Source: Negaprion brevirostris (lineage: Eukaryota). Taken from it: a stretch of DNA of 64,000 nt. The stretch covers positions 38,031,182-38,095,181 of the forward strand of contig JARDVH010000059.1 of assembly GCA_030324005.1 (NCBI GenBank). Reading direction: 5' to 3'. A program made the translations under genes and the position numbers. Below the pieces are notes generated by a model. It had not been told where the DNA came from. It saw only the letters and a program-made list of their open reading frames with translations, and searched no databases. Of this stretch, positions 1 to 13,066 are shown piece by piece. Positions within the stretch are counted from its first letter, which is position 1, and every line of letters starts with the position of its first letter.

Positions 1-172
1 ATTGATTGGCTATGCTAAAAAAATTGCCCCTTAGTGTCCTGAGATGTGTAGGTTAGAGGGATTAGTGGGTAGGACATGGGGGGAGGGGCCTGGGTGGGAT
101 TGTAGTCGGTGCAAACTTGCTGGGCCGAATGGTCTCTTTCTGTACTGTAGGTTTCTATGATCTTCTACGATC
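1..172 (+). mobile_element. 3' part of HE1-type tRNA-derived SINE
   Basis: GATTGGCTATGCTAAA..TTGCCCCTTAGTGTCC body and (TCTATGA)-like tail; same family recurs more than 10 times in the window. Confidence 0.75.
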
Positions 173-2416
173 TATCTGGCTGACATTCTAGTCAATGGAA
201 GAGAAAAAGTGGACATCTTCAGGATTTGGATGTCACCATTCAGAGATTGGAAGACTATGGACGGAATCCGCTAGGAAGTGTGAGTTCTTTCAGTCCTCCA
301 TTGAGTATTTGGGACATGCGATTGGTGCCATGGGCCTTCACAAATCTCCTTTGAAGATCAAGGTTTTCACAAAGGCACCTGTACCTCAGAATATTAACCA
401 GTTGCGTTCATTCCAAGAATTGTTGACTCACGACAGAAGATTTGTTTCAAATTTTGCAACTATTTTAAAACATTTGCATTACACCTTGTGCCAGAACAAG
501 AAGTGGAAGTGGTCAGAACAATGCAATAATGCTTTCACGCAAGCCAAAAAAATGTCTTTCAAATCTGAAGTTCTTGTGCATTTTGATCCTACCCTAACCC
601 TATAGTTAGCCTGTGATGCATCCCCTTTTGGTGTTGGAGTGATGATATTCCACGTCATGCCATTAGATGAAGAAAAACCCATTGCTTTTGCAACTCAAAC
701 CTTAAGGAAGGCTGAAAGTAATGACACACAAATTGAAAGGGAAGCATTAGGGATTATTCTTGGAGTAAAAAAATTCTATCAATTCCTGTATGGAAGAAAG
801 TTAACACTGGTGACGACCCATCGTCCATTAATTGCCATTTTTGGACTATGCACGGGAATTTTGTCACTGGCAGCAAGTAGAAGGCAGAGATGGGCATTGC
901 TATTGTCCAGACATAATTAAACCATCAAGTATCAACAATCAAGTCTACACTGTAATGTGGATGAACTATCAAGATTACCATTGCCAAGTAGTTTGTCAGC
1001 TAGTAGTTCATCAAACTACTCGGTCACTGCCTGTGTGGTGTTTGCACTTTCTCCCTATGTTTGCATGGGTTTCTCTGGGTGGTCCGGTTTCCTCCTGGAT
1101 CCTGATTGAGAAGATGAGTGTTAGACAGGATACACAACAAGTGACAATGGATCTCAATTTGTCTCCTAAGAATTTGAAAGTTTCTTAAATGAGAATGGCA
1201 GTAAACATATTAGGTCAGGCGGCATGGTGATACAGCGGTTAGCACTGCTGCCTCACAGTGCCAGGGACCTGGGTTTGATTCCTGGCTTGGATCTCTAACT
1301 GTTTGGAGTTTGCACATTCTCCTTGTGTCTGTGTGGGTTNNNNNNNNNNNNNNNNNNNNNNNNNNNNNNNNNNNNNNNNNNNNNNNNNNNNNNNNNNNNN
1401 NNNNNNNNNNNNNNNNNNNNNNNNNNNNNNNNNNNNNNNNNNNNNNNNNNNNNNNNNNNNNNNNNNNNNNNNNNNNNNNNNNNNNNNNNNNNNNNNNNNN
1501 NNNNNNNNNNNNNNNNNNNNNNNNNNNNNNNNNNNNNNNNNNNNNNNNNNNNNNNNNNNNNNNNNNNNNNNNNNNNNNNNNNNNNNNNNNNNNNNNNNNN
1601 NNNNNNNNNNNNNNNNNNNNNNNNNNNNNNNNNNNNNNNNNNNNNNNNNNNNNNNNNNNNNNNNNNNNNNNNNNNNNNNNNNNNNNNNNNNNNNNNNNNN
1701 NNNNNNNNNNNNNNNNNNNNNNNNNNNNNNNNNNNNNNNNNNNNNNNNNNNNNNNNNNNNNNNNNNNNNNNNNNNNNNNNNNNNNNNNNNNNNNNNNNNN
1801 NNNNNNNNNNNNNNNNNNNNNNNNNNNNNNNNNNNNNNNNNNNNNNNNNNNNNNNNNNNNNNNNNNNNNNNNNNNNNNNNNNNNNNNNNNNNNNNNNNNN
1901 NNNNNNNNNNNNNNNNNNNNNNNNNNNNNNNNNNNNNNTGGAAAATAATCACCAAGGCATCCACTATCACCTCCGCCATTGAAAGCAGTATCTCACCTGT
2001 AGACCAAACACAGAGTCAGTCTGTAGTTACAGTGTTGATACCAGTCAAATCAGCCACCAATGATGTTTGTGCAAAGGCAGAAATGCCAGAGGTTACAACC
2101 AGTGCAAAGAAGAAGATCCACAGCTTCACCATTAAACATTCTGAGAGTGACAACCTCAAGACCATTGATTTATAGATTATCGTTTATTGATTAGTGTTCA
2201 TGTTGCACTTGTTTGACTTAGTTATGAAGGTTCAGTTTAAAGGAGGAAGAAATGTTATGCATTAATATTGATTCTTGGTAGCTGCACGAAGCACTGTGTA
2301 TTAATATGATTAATATGTTCATGTCTTTGTCAGAAGTGAATGACGGGTCTCTAGCATGGAAAACTGCCAGTGAAGAAGCAGTCATGTAGTAAACACTACC
2401 CTGTAAATAAACTTCA
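173..2416 (+). mobile_element. Degenerate Ty3/Gypsy LTR retrotransposon (RT/RNase H remnants, PPT and probable 3' LTR), interrupted by SINE pieces and a gap
   Basis: Frameshifted motifs YLADILV, KCEFFQSSIEYLGH, ACDASPFGVG, PIAFA, QIEREALGIILGVKKFYQFLYGR, QRWALLL; purine tract AAAGGAGGAAGAAA (2239-2252) directly followed by TGTTATG; AATAAA near 2405. Confidence 0.85.
1217..1339 (+). mobile_element. HE1-type SINE 5' part, runs into gap
   Basis: GGCGGCATGGTG..GGTTAGCACTGCTGCCTCACAG tRNA-like head with B-box-like GGTTTGATTCC. Confidence 0.8.
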
Positions 2417-2429
2417 ATATTTTTAACCC

Positions 2430-3400
2430 TCCGTGCTTCCTAGCATCAATTCTCAATATAAAGTAGCCTTTCATTCTGCCAAACTCCAATGAGTACAGGC
2501 CCAAACTACTCACTCTCTCCTTATAAGAAAATTCCTCCATTCCTGAGATAACCAAGTGAACCTTCTCTGGACTGCCTCCAATGCCTCCTTCGATATGGGG
2601 ACCAAAACCAATCACAGTATTTCAAATGTGGTTTAATTCGTGCTTTGTATGGTTTTAGTGGGCCTTTATTTTTGTCTCATCTTAAATTCCATATCAAGTC
2701 ATCCAGAAAGCTCCAATTTTCGATGCCATTTCTTCCCCTGTACATGAACTAGCTACTCCTTGAAGACCTCCTATTGTTTAGTTACTGTTTTCTCCACCAT
2801 TTTTGATTTCAACCAACCTGAACGAAATTCCTTTCATATGACTAAGGTTAGCTCTCTCCAATTAAGTATTTTTACCCTTGATTGGTGTCATAGCCTTTTC
2901 ATAACTATTGTAAACCTAGACAATATGACCATTGTTCCCTAAATACTCTCACACTAAACCATATTCCACTTGCCCCACTTTATTCCCCAAAACTAGGTCC
3001 AACATTGCTTCCTTTCTCATTGGTCTGGGAACATACTGATTACATTTCAGGAATCTCTCCCCTCTTTGCCCTGTACGCTCATACTAACCTAATCTTTATT
3101 ATGATCATTTAAGAACTGCAATGTCACTATCTAGAAATTATTGCGCCTGTCTCTAATTTGCCTGCATATGTTCCTCTATCTCCTTCCCACTATTTGTTGA
3201 TCTATGGTATAAATTCCAAATTTCATTGATTTCCTATTATTCCTTAATTCTAACAAAGTAGACTCTGCTTTGACCCCTCATCCTTTTTAATACTTGAATA
3301 ATTTCTTAGATCCAAATTGCCAACCTCCTTTTTTCTCATCTTTGCTGAATACCTTGTAGCCTAGGCAAATAGTACTGAAACATTTGAGTTGCCCAAACAC
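2430..3400 (-). mobile_element. Old CR1-type LINE fragments
   Basis: Minus-strand peptide GMEEFSYKERVSSLGLYSLEFGRMKG is typical of the CR1 ORF2 C-terminus; the rest is degraded, boundaries approximate. Confidence 0.6.
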
Positions 3401-4399
3401 CACAGCACCCCTCTCTCCCCAACCACACACACACACGTACACACACAGACTCACACTGGAATGCTGGTATTGTCCAAAGGAAAGGATGAAACCAGTACTG
3501 TTTGGTACCAGCTCTGCTGCAGCCTGATAGATGATAGATAATGGGATTTAATGGGATTGAGAGTTATACGTAGGCCTGGTAGGTAGGGACATGATCGGCG
3601 TAACTTGTGGGCCAAAGGGCCTGTTTGTGCTGTAGTGTTCTATGTTCTATAATCACTTAGGGGGCTCACACCAAATGTTCTGTCCAGATTTGTTCCTTTA
3701 GCCTTCTTCTTTCTTGAGATACCCACAAGGCAGTGGAGCTATTTACCTGTGGCTGGGGGTCTTATTTGTGGGCACCTAGCTTGAATGCCACCAAAAAAAA
3801 CATGGTGTTTATAAGTCTCAGCTATTCCTGGGACGTTACTTGTATCCTCTATAATTAAAGCCAATGCAACATGCTTGTTCAATTCATCTGCCATCTTCTA
3901 CTTTGCATTATTAATTGCCTAGACTCACTTTGTTAATTATTTTATTTTTTAAATATCTGTATAAACTCTTTTCATCTTATTTTATGTTCTTAGCTAGCAT
4001 TTTTTCATTCTCTAATTTTCCCCTCCTTATTGATCCTTTAGTCATTCTTTGCTGGTTTTTATATCCAATCTGCTGATCTGCCACTCATCATTGCATCATT
4101 ATATGCTTTTTCATTAAGTTTGATAGTAACTTTAGAGCTCCAGTGCAAGCTTCCCATGGGCAATTGCCTTTCAGTGGGAACCGTCTGAAAATTGTGGTTT
4201 AAATTGCAAACTTTGGATGATTCCGGACATGTTATATTAATATTTACCCAGAAAAGAAGAATTAAAAACACCTCTAGCTTCCGGTCAACTGTTGTATAGA
4301 CCCATAATGATCCCCACCCCCTCCCAGGGTCTCCCCACAAACTCTTGTATAGTCCTTAAATTAATTTGCCAATTCAATTCAGCTAGCTCTACTTTCATG

Positions 4400-4760
4400 C
4401 CCTCAGAAATGCTCTTATTTCAGGTCCAATCTCCTTAACCTTTACTCATAGGACAATCTTGCTATCCCAGGGATGTCTAGTGAACTTTGTTGTGCTCCCT
4501 GCATGGACAGGATATCCTTCCTTGGATAAGGAGACCAACTACACACAATCCAAGTGTGGTCTCACCAAGGCTGTATACAATTGCAGGAAGACTTCCTTAC
4601 TCCTATACTCAAATGCCCTTGCAACACAGATTACCGTACCATTTGCCTTCCTAATTGCTTTCAGTGAGTTCTGAACAAGAAAGCACAGGTCCCTTTGGAC
4701 ATTAACACTTCCCAATTCCTCCCCATTTAAAAAATACTTGTTTTTCCTATCTGTAATAAT
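4400..4760 (-). mobile_element. CR1-type LINE ORF2 fragment
   Basis: YFLNGEEL..VQRDL..KANG..ARAFEYRSKEVFLQLYTALVRPHLD. Confidence 0.8.
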
Positions 4761-5689
4761 CAATCCGAGGCCAGTCTTTCATCACCAGCACTCTCTACAA
4801 CGTGAATAAAGCACCACTTCTGCAGCTACAGTGCACGTCAAGCCCAGAGTCTTTTGACTGCTGGTCTGAATACAGTCAGCAGGTTTTAAATCCCCTGCTG
4901 CTCCTTCTCTATTGAGCCTCCACTTGCTTAATAGGGGAGTTTGTACTCTATGAGGTCCAAGAGGATATCTCTTGATGGCCATCATAATATCCCTCTCCCA
5001 TCAAGTCCATTTCTTCCCCACATCCCGAGCATGGGAGAGCCTTTGCCACTGCTTGCCATTCAGCCTGGAGTTGATTGGAGGCAGGACTGGACCTGAGGAT
5101 GTGAAACAAATTGGAGGCCTTTGCTTCTGAAGGGAGCACCTTAAATCCATGGACCCTTGTTCGTCCAGAGGTGTTGCTTCAGTTGGGGCATCAGTCTCTC
5201 CCACTTCCATCTCAGAATCCATGTCCTGGAGAGACGGGTGTAGAGTTGACTACTAGTCACAGCTCAACACTAGCAGTAGTTATCCCCATAGCTGGTAACA
5301 GGCTCTGCAGTGGTGATGGTTCCCTATTTTTGAAATGGTCCAGATGCATCTTCACAACTTTTACCTGCACTTGGACCTTTTAAAACATGGGTCCCATTTT
5401 TTTTCCCGTTATGATCCCAAGGAGCCAACTGAGACTGTCCTGAAGTTCCTCTCTTGAAGCCTCTTTGCATCCTTGTCCTAACTAACATTCCGTTTTGTGT
5501 CATCATTAAACTTGGAAACATTACATTTGATCACCACATCCAAATAATTAATATGGATTGTGAATAGCTGGGGCCCAGGCACTGATCCTGAGGTATCCCA
5601 CTGGTCATAGCCTGAGAATGATCTGTTTATGTCTACTCTTTGTTTTCCATCTGTTAGCCCAAACTCAATCCATTCGTTACATACATTAT

Positions 5690-6017
5690 TGAGATATGGG
5701 CATCGTTGGCTGGCCAGCATTTACTGCCCATCCTTAGTTGCCTGAGGGCAGTTGAGAGTCAACCACGTTGCTGTGGCTCTGTAGTCACATGTAGGCCAGA
5801 CCAGGTAAGGACAGCAGATTTCCCTCCCTAAAGGACATTAGGTGGGTTTTTCTGACAATGGTTTCATGGTCATCAGTAGATTCTTAGTTCCAGATATTTT
5901 TTATTGAATTCAAATTCTACCAGCTGCCCTGGCGGGATTCGAACCCGGGTCCCCAGAGCATTAGCTGAGTTTCTGGATTAATAAATAGTGATAGTACCAC
6001 TGGGCCATCACCTCCCC
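5690..6017 (-). mobile_element. tRNA-derived SINE, SacSINE1/DeuSINE-like
   Basis: Reverse strand has a tRNA-like head (GGGTTCGAATCCC B-box) and the core GGCCAGACCAGGTAAGGA..TTCCCTAAAGGACATTAG shared with 10385, 25435 and 60430; family name from recall. Confidence 0.65.
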
Positions 6018-6024
6018 AACCATT

Positions 6025-6582
6025 GAATCGTAGAATTTCTACAGTGTGGAAGGAGGCCATTTGGCGCATTGAGCCTGCACCGACAACAATCTCATCTAGG
6101 CCCTATCTCTGTATTTACTCTGCTAACCCATAATTTAGCATGGCCAAGCCACCTAACCTGCACATCTTTGAATTGTGAGAGGAAACCAGAGCACCCAGAG
6201 GAAAGCCACGCAGACACCGGGAAGAACATGCAACTCCACACAGACAGCCACCCGAGGCCGGAATTGAACTCAGTTCCCTGGTGCTGTGAGGCAGTAGTGC
6301 TAACCACTGTGCCACCGTGTGCCCAGGGAAGTCTGGATTCATTTTAAAAACAACATTCATTTGTGCTGTTGGTGCAGGTACAGGTTATACACATTGATTT
6401 CATAGAAACCCAACAGTGCAGAAAGAGGCCATTTGGCTCATTGAGTTTGCACTTACCGCAATCCCACCCAGTCCCTACCCCCATATCCTTACATATTTAC
6501 CCACTAATCCCACTAACATACACATCTCAGGACACTAAGGGGCAATTTTAGCATGGCCAATCAACCAAACCAGCACAGCTTT
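6025..6582 (-). mobile_element. Two HE1-type SINE copies (about 6025-6320 and 6400-6582)
   Basis: Reverse-complement match to the other HE1 copies (GGAAACCAGAGCACCCAGAGGAAA..GTGCTAACCACTGTGCCACCGTG). Confidence 0.8.
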
Positions 6583-6682
6583 NNNNNNNNNNNNNNNNNN
6601 NNNNNNNNNNNNNNNNNNNNNNNNNNNNNNNNNNNNNNNNNNNNNNNNNNNNNNNNNNNNNNNNNNNNNNNNNNNNNNNNNN

Positions 6683-6850
6683 GTGCCCTCTAGTTCTGCT
6701 ATCCTTTCTAAGTGGGAAGAATCTCCCTACCTCTACCTTATCTAGCCCCTTCATTATCTTGTAAGTCTCCATAAGATCCCCCCTCAGCCTTCTAAACTGT
6801 AACAAGTACAGGCCCAGTCTATTCAAGCTCTCTTCATAAGCTAATTCAAT
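6683..6850 (-). mobile_element. CR1 LINE 3' fragment
   Basis: RLGLYLLQFRRLRGDLMETYKIMKGLDKV..FFPL..SRTRGH. Confidence 0.8.
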
Positions 6851-7689
6851 CTCTCTTCATAAGCTTTCTTCATAAGCTTCATAAACCCATCACCACCCCA
6901 CTATGCTTCCCCAGCTCCCCACCCAACTACGAGACAAAAAGGAATTAAATTAATAAGTGGCCTCAGCCTTGGGCACATATCTTTGCTGGCTGTAAAGGAG
7001 GGAAAAAAATCATTATTTTAGACAGCCTGTTATGTGAAGCTTGCCTCTTTCTGTACCCCACCATTTAACTTCAGTAACCACCATTTAACTTAAAGGGGGC
7101 AAATACAGGCACTGAAAGAAAGTGTGCTGGACCAAATTCAGATTTTTCAGATTTACGTGAGGAAGTTTAATAGAAATTGGATTGGATTTGAATCCAATAC
7201 TCATTCTTCATTTGAAAGGTGCATTTATTGCATTTTTGAAACCCTTTTCCAGATGCTTCCTTCATTATCAGTTCCTAACACCACCAATAATAAATCCTAT
7301 AACGAGAGCGCTACATTGTCTATTCTGTAAAAGTTACCCAGTGCTGGGTTGAAAATAATGACTTAAAAATGTATTGACATGAGCCCCCTCATATCCCTGT
7401 GATGGTGGGAAGTTAAATGTATTGTGAGGCGGTATCAATTAGATTATGAACTGCAAATCGGTTTCATTAAGAGTAAAAGTTAAATGATAACACAAAGTTA
7501 GTGCAACAGATTGTCCTTGATTACAGAATGTATTAATTTCTATTGTTTTTAGGAGTTTAAATGAGTGATTCTGTAACCATTTAACACACAGTTGCTTCTG
7601 TGATGTGGGGTCTTTAAGACCTTTCTCAACAGATGAATTTAAATGGAGAAATAATAATGCAATCTTCTGCTATCAGGAAAAGCTGTTAA

Positions 7690-8290
7690 AGGTATACTTT
7701 AGGTCCAGCCTGCTTGATTTGCACCACATGCATAAATATCCACACCCTCCACCACCAACACTCAGTAACAGCAGTATGTACTATCTACTGCAGAAGATGC
7801 ACTGCAGAATCTCACCAAAGATCCTTAGGCAGCATCTTCAAACCCACACCACTTCCAACTAGAAGGACAAGGCAGCAGATACAGAGAAACATCACCACCT
7901 ACAAGTTCCCCTCCAAGCTATTCACCATCCTGACTTGGAAATATATCACCATTCCTTCGCAGTCACTGGAACAACATCCTGGAATTCTCTCCCTAACGGC
8001 ATTGTGGGTCAACTCATGATGCATGGATTGTCTCAAGAAGGCAGCTCACTACCACCTTCTCAAGGGCAACTAACGTTTTAACATTTATTTATTAGTGTGA
8101 CAAGTAGGTTTACATTAACATTGCAATGAAGTTACTGTGAAAATCCTTCAATCATCACACTCCGGTACTAGTTCGAATACACTGAGGGTAAATTTAGCAT
8201 GGCCTATGCACCTAACCAACACGTCATTCAAACTAGAGATGGGCAATAAATGCTGGCCAACCAGCAACACCCATGTCCCATGAATGAAGA
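7690..8290 (+). mobile_element. 3' end of an old CR1/L2-like non-LTR element with a short SINE-derived insert (about 8083-8230)
   Basis: Similar to 19840-20690 (-) and 31415-32200 (+); ends GGGCAATAAATGCTGGCC..CCCATGAATGAA, a tail shared with the SacSINE-like copies. Confidence 0.55.
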
Positions 8291-8641
8291 AAAAAAAGTG
8301 AGACCTTCCTCAAATACTTTATTCATTCTTGGGTTGAGAAAGAGGGGGACATATTGACCATTTCCAGTTCTCCTGTTACAACTGGGTGGTTGAGTGGCTT
8401 GTTTGGCAACAGAAATAGGAATAGCACCACATTTAGGTCAGAGTACTGCACTCACACCCCCACCCACTTTGCCCTCTCCTCATTTGACCACAACAATTTT
8501 ACTTGCCAATGCAATTGCACTTAACTGTTTACACACTGTGATCAGAAAAGAACAAACAAGGTAGATTTTCTTGAGTTTGAGAGGTTAGCTTTATTATGCA
8601 TAAACCGGTCTAAGTAAAATAATAAAATACCTGCCAACTTT

Positions 8642-8666
8642 CACACACACACACACACACACACAC
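8642..8666. repeat. (CA)n microsatellite
   Basis: About 12 perfect CA units. Confidence 0.95.
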
Positions 8667-9214
8667 TTGAAGTTCAGACATTCAAATGAAGATTACAAGT
8701 TGGGGAGGGATAGGTTGACCAAATTAGAGCCCATTAAAAAGTAAAAGAGTGGGCAGTCTTCAGTTTAGTGAGTGCCTGACTTTGAGTAGAATCCAATCAT
8801 CTGTTTTTTTTCCGATTTAAAGCTATAGATGGCTGAGTTGATTGTTCTTTGGGAGATGGTTGTGCTGAGAAGTCTCAGTGTGCAGTACGATGTTCTTGGA
8901 TGATCACAATCAGCACATAGGGCTTGGACAAGTGGGTTGGAGAAAGAAAAAGGCAGTGGCTACCCCACTTCGGACTTCTTTCTAAACTGCTTGTCCTCAG
9001 TTCTATTGAGAAAATGTATTTAAAAATAGACAAAGGACTGACTTGTCCTTCCTTCTCCAACTGCCAGGAGTTCTGCGTAATCCAAACGTGAATTATTAGC
9101 TCATATCTGGAAGATAATTTAGTCAGCGTTCTGTTTTCCAAGCTTTCAGGTGTAATAGTCCAGCTTATCACAAACAGTTGAATACCTCAAGTGATTGCCG
9201 TAGACGCCTTGTTA

Positions 9215-9540
9215 ATGATCACAGAATCATAGAACAGAATCAGTGCAGAAGGCAGCCGTTCGGCTCATCGAGCCTGCACCAACAACAATCTCACCCAGGC
9301 CCTATCCCTGCAAACCTATGTATTTATACCACTAATCCCCCTGACACTAAGAGGCAACTTAACATGGCTAATCAATCTAACCGACACATTTTGGACTGTA
9401 GGAGGAATCCGGAGCACCCAGAGGAAACCCACACAGACACAGGGAGAACATGCAAACTCCACACAGACAGTGACTCAAGCCAGGAGTTGAACCCAGGTCC
9501 TTTGCATTGTGAGGCAACAGTGCTAACTACTGTGCCACTT
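9215..9540 (-). mobile_element. HE1-type SINE
   Basis: Near full-length reverse copy. Confidence 0.8.
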
Positions 9541-10137
9541 CACGGGAGATTTGAGTCATCACACTTCCTTCAAGTCATTGTCTTGATAGGATTAGCAGAC
9601 AGACTATCCCAATCCAATGATTTGGAATAAGGGAAGTATAATTACACAAGTTGGGTTTAGACGTCTTAGGCTGTGTGTTCAAATCAAAAGTCTGTTTTCA
9701 AAAGTTCAATTCAGATTCCCAGCCAGTAGATTAAAATGATGGGTGGGATTTACTGTGCAACCTGCTGCAAGTATCACAGTGGCGGGAGCTAGCCTACCAT
9801 TAACCAGTAGCAGGGTCTCCTGGTCCCACCATTGTCATTGGGGTTTCCCATTGAATGCAGCCCACGTCACAGTAAAATTCATGGTGGGGGTGTACCATCT
9901 GTGGGACCAGAAAATCCTGCTAGTGTGAACAGTCAGAAGGCTTTAGCTATTATTTGGCATTAAGCACAGCTTCATGACACACCAGAAAGAGGGTAGGATT
10001 CTTTCTCTAAGGGATATTAGTTGGGCTTTTATGACATTCTGACAGCTTCATGGTCATTTTTACTGACATTGGTATTTTTATGCCTCAAAAAATTAAATTC
10101 AAAGAATGAAATTTGCATGGTAGGAATTAAATTAATT

Positions 10138-10264
10138 GGGCGGGATTTTACGGCCTTGCTCATCCCAGAGCTATAAAATCCAGCCTAAGGTCTATGGACC
10201 TTTCCACTGTCTAGTCCTTGCCTGCTCCAATTCCTGTGGCGAATGGGGTGGTAAAACTCCAGCC
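10138..10264. mobile_element. Short MITE-like element with imperfect ~14-bp terminal inverted repeats; related pieces near 9741-9935 and 31733-31830
   Basis: Starts GGGCGGGATTTTAC and ends GTAAAACTCCAGCC. Confidence 0.45.
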
Positions 10265-10384
10265 ATATTCTCTGAATTACTGTGCATCCCAACATTTTAC
10301 TTTTCAATCAAAATCAGTATTCTGCCCTGTCAAACATGAAAAGTTATCTCCTTTAACCTCAAAAATTATTATTTTCTTTTATTC

Positions 10385-10730
10385 AATCATTCGTGGGACA
10401 TGGGTGTTGCTGGTTTGCCAGTATTTATTGCCCATCCCTAGTTGCCCTCGGAAGACAGTTGAGAGTCAACCATGTCGCTGTGCGCCTGTAAACCAAACCA
10501 GGTAAGGATGTCAGATTTCCTTCCCTAAAGGACATTCGTGAACCAGATGGGTTTTTCCAATAACCTACAATGGTTTCATGGTCATCAGTAGATTCTTAAT
10601 TCCAGATTTTTTTATTGAATTCAAATTCCACCATCTGCCATGGTGGGATTTGAACTCAAATCCCCAGAACATTAGCTGAGTTTCTGAATTAATAGACTAG
10701 TGATAATACCACAAGGCCATCATCTCCCCA
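10385..10730 (-). mobile_element. SacSINE1/DeuSINE-like SINE
   Basis: Collinear with the 5690-6017 copy. Confidence 0.65.
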
Positions 10731-11539
10731 TTAGTTTTTATAAGTAACACTGAGTAGAGTGGGCCTTGTCAGATGGCTGCTGAAAAGATGTTTTGCCTTC
10801 ATGGGAAATGTAGAACTAGTTGTTATAGGCTTTTAATTTACACACCTTTCAATTTAATGAGACAAACAAGGACAGTAATTCAATAATTTATTTATTTACT
10901 ACTTCCAGTACAAACTCAAACAGTTGCAACTCATTAACTTTTTACTGAACTTCAACTTTAACTGAACATCAACTTTAGCTATTTAACCCAAAATAGATAC
11001 CACCGAGTTTAGGATAACCTTGGCCAAGAAATATCCTCGATGTAGAATCTATCTTCTTTTTCCTTCTCTGAAGCATCCTTCAGGTTACCAGTCTTCTTGC
11101 AATTCTTTGTGTTTTCAACTTATCACTGGCAAACAAAGGCCCACATGTCTTTTTATCCACAATTCTCCACAGAAGACTCTGTGTTATCTGGCCAGTGATT
11201 TGATCAGATACCCCAATTGCATTGTTCGATTAGGCCAATCAAATACAGCCAGAGTAGTGGCATTGGTCACTCCAGACCTTATCATATTTAGGCCCCTTAA
11301 GTCACTTTGTTTACATTCCAATGCCCAGATAAGGAACACTGGCTCCAAAAGTCTGTAAAGAACTCTTCCCTGTCGACCAAGCTGTTAAATCTGACATCTT
11401 TTGTACTTTGACAAATTCCAGGCCACTGGCCACAAGAAATCCCAGCATAGTGAAAAAACAACTTTAATCAAAAATCAGGTTTGCTTGATTGAGGATATTT
11501 CAGCATATTAAAACTCTGCAGACCAGTCAGCCACATAGT

Positions 11540-11840
11540 GGACACAATTTAGAAATAAGGTTCTTCTATTTAAGATAAGAAGGTATTTCTTCTCTCAGAG
11601 GATTGTTAATCTTTGAAACTCTCTACCCCAGAGACCAGTAGAGGCAGGGCCATTGAACTATATTCAAGGCAATAGACAATTTCTTGATTTTCAAAGGAGA
11701 CAAGTGTTATGGCAGAAGGCAGCCAAATGTTGTTAATACCTCAATGAGATCAGCCATGATTATATGGTACATAACAACATACGATGGAGCAGGATCAGTA
11801 GGCCAAATGGTCAGCTCCTACTCCTACTTTGTATGATCTT
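11540..11840 (+). mobile_element. Degraded CR1 3' end
   Basis: TTCTTCTCTCAGAGGATTGTTAATCTTTGAAACTCTCTACCCCAGAG..GATCAGCCATGAT..GGCCAAATGG..CTCCTACTCCT. Confidence 0.6.
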
Positions 11841-12050
11841 AAGATGGTGGGAGGACCTTAGAATGTGGAATTTCCCCACTGAGCATTTGTTGTCACTACC
11901 CCAAGTTATCACATGTCTCTCAGCATGTAGTGTTGGACCTTGGAGTGTGCCAGTCTACAATACTTGCTTGTCCATAGCTCTTTGAACTGGAAGATCAGCA
12001 CATTTTTGGCAAATCAAAGTGCATCTTTCACTCAGTTTACAGTCTTCCCA

Positions 12051-12192
12051 GTAAGAAGTCTCACAACACCAGGTTAAAGTCCAACAGATTTATTTGGTAG
12101 CAAAAGCCACTAGCTTTCGGAGCACTAAGCTAGTGGCTTTTGTTATGAAATAAACTTGTTGGACTTTAACCTAGTGTTGTGAGACTTCTTAC
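12051..12192. repeat. Long palindrome (66-bp arms, 10-nt loop) of a probable Penelope-associated repeat family
   Basis: GTAAGAAGTCTCACAACACCAGGTTAAAGTCCAACAG.. versus ..TTGTTGGACTTTAACCTAGTGTTGTGAGACTTCTTAC; related copies at 13657, 14441 and 45257. Confidence 0.85.
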
Positions 12193-12224
12193 CAACTCTT
12201 TAAACCAAGATGTCAAACTCAAAC

Positions 12225-12330
12225 CATAGAATCATAGAAATCCTACAGTGCAGAAAGAGGCCATTTGGCCCATCGAGTCTGCACCAACCACAATCCCACC
12301 CAAGCCCTACCCCCATATCCCTACATATTT
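12225..12330 (-). mobile_element. HE1-type SINE 3' end, runs into gap
   Basis: CATAGAATCATAGAAATCCTACAGTGCAGAAAGAGGCCATTTGGCCC. Confidence 0.75.
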
Positions 12331-12859
12331 NNNNNNNNNNNNNNNNNNNNNNNNNNNNNNNNNNNNNNNNNNNNNNNNNNNNNNNNNNNNNNNNNNNNNN
12401 NNNNNNNNNNNNNNNNNAATAATGATTGGAATGCGAGTCTTTACAGGTAATCAAGTCTTAAAGGTACAGACAATGTGAGTGGAGAGAGCGTTAAGTACAG
12501 GTTAAAGAGAAGTGTATTGTCTCCAGACAGGACAATCTTCCAGCCGCAATCCGAGTTTATCTCTGTGTCAGTCCCTGGATCAGTCTGTGGAGAACAGAGT
12601 CCTGCATTTTGGAACTGTTGGTTATGAACGCCGACAAAACATTGCATCCTTTCCATACCTGCTTTGCAAAGGCGATGTACAGGCACAGTGGGTAAGTAGT
12701 TCAAAACCGTAAGGAAGTACCATAAAAGTACGGCAGAATTGCATAATTATTTAAAGGGCAATTCCATTTCATTGGAAAGGCGAATCCTTGGCACATTGTC
12801 GGCTGACGCTTCGTTCTGAACTGTTTTATCTTTGCAGTTTTTTTGTTAATAAGCCAGCT

Positions 12860-12975
12860 GCAGGAGCTGCGCATGCGCACTATGGAGCACTTTCCGGTGC
12901 CTCCGGGAAGGCGGGAAAGATAAAATGAAAGAGCAACATTATTATCCCATCAATCAGCTGGAGTAAGGAAGTGGT
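12860..12975 (+). promoter_or_regulatory. Probable RAD54B core promoter
   Basis: Locally CpG-rich; perfect NRF1 palindrome TGCGCATGCGCA (12868-12879), ETS-like TTTCCGGT (12891), canonical E2F site GGCGGGAAA (12910-12918), AGGAAGTG (12966); 100-200 bp upstream of the ATG. Confidence 0.7.
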
Positions 12976-13066
12976 CGCTCACTAGAGGCGCTCTTTAAGC
13001 ACAGGGTTTACGTTATTTATGGACACATATATGTCTCGTCTGCTACCAAAGTGATAACTGTTTGAA

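Noticed and set aside
1239-2175. Long ORFs in the track (also 44262-45134, 48385-48888, 50889-51725)
   Set aside because: Artefacts of translating through N gaps
4782-5330. GC-richer stretch with several overlapping ORFs (similar character at 20700-21060)
   Set aside because: Probably degraded transposon sequence (possibly Harbinger-related), but no diagnostic motif, so not called
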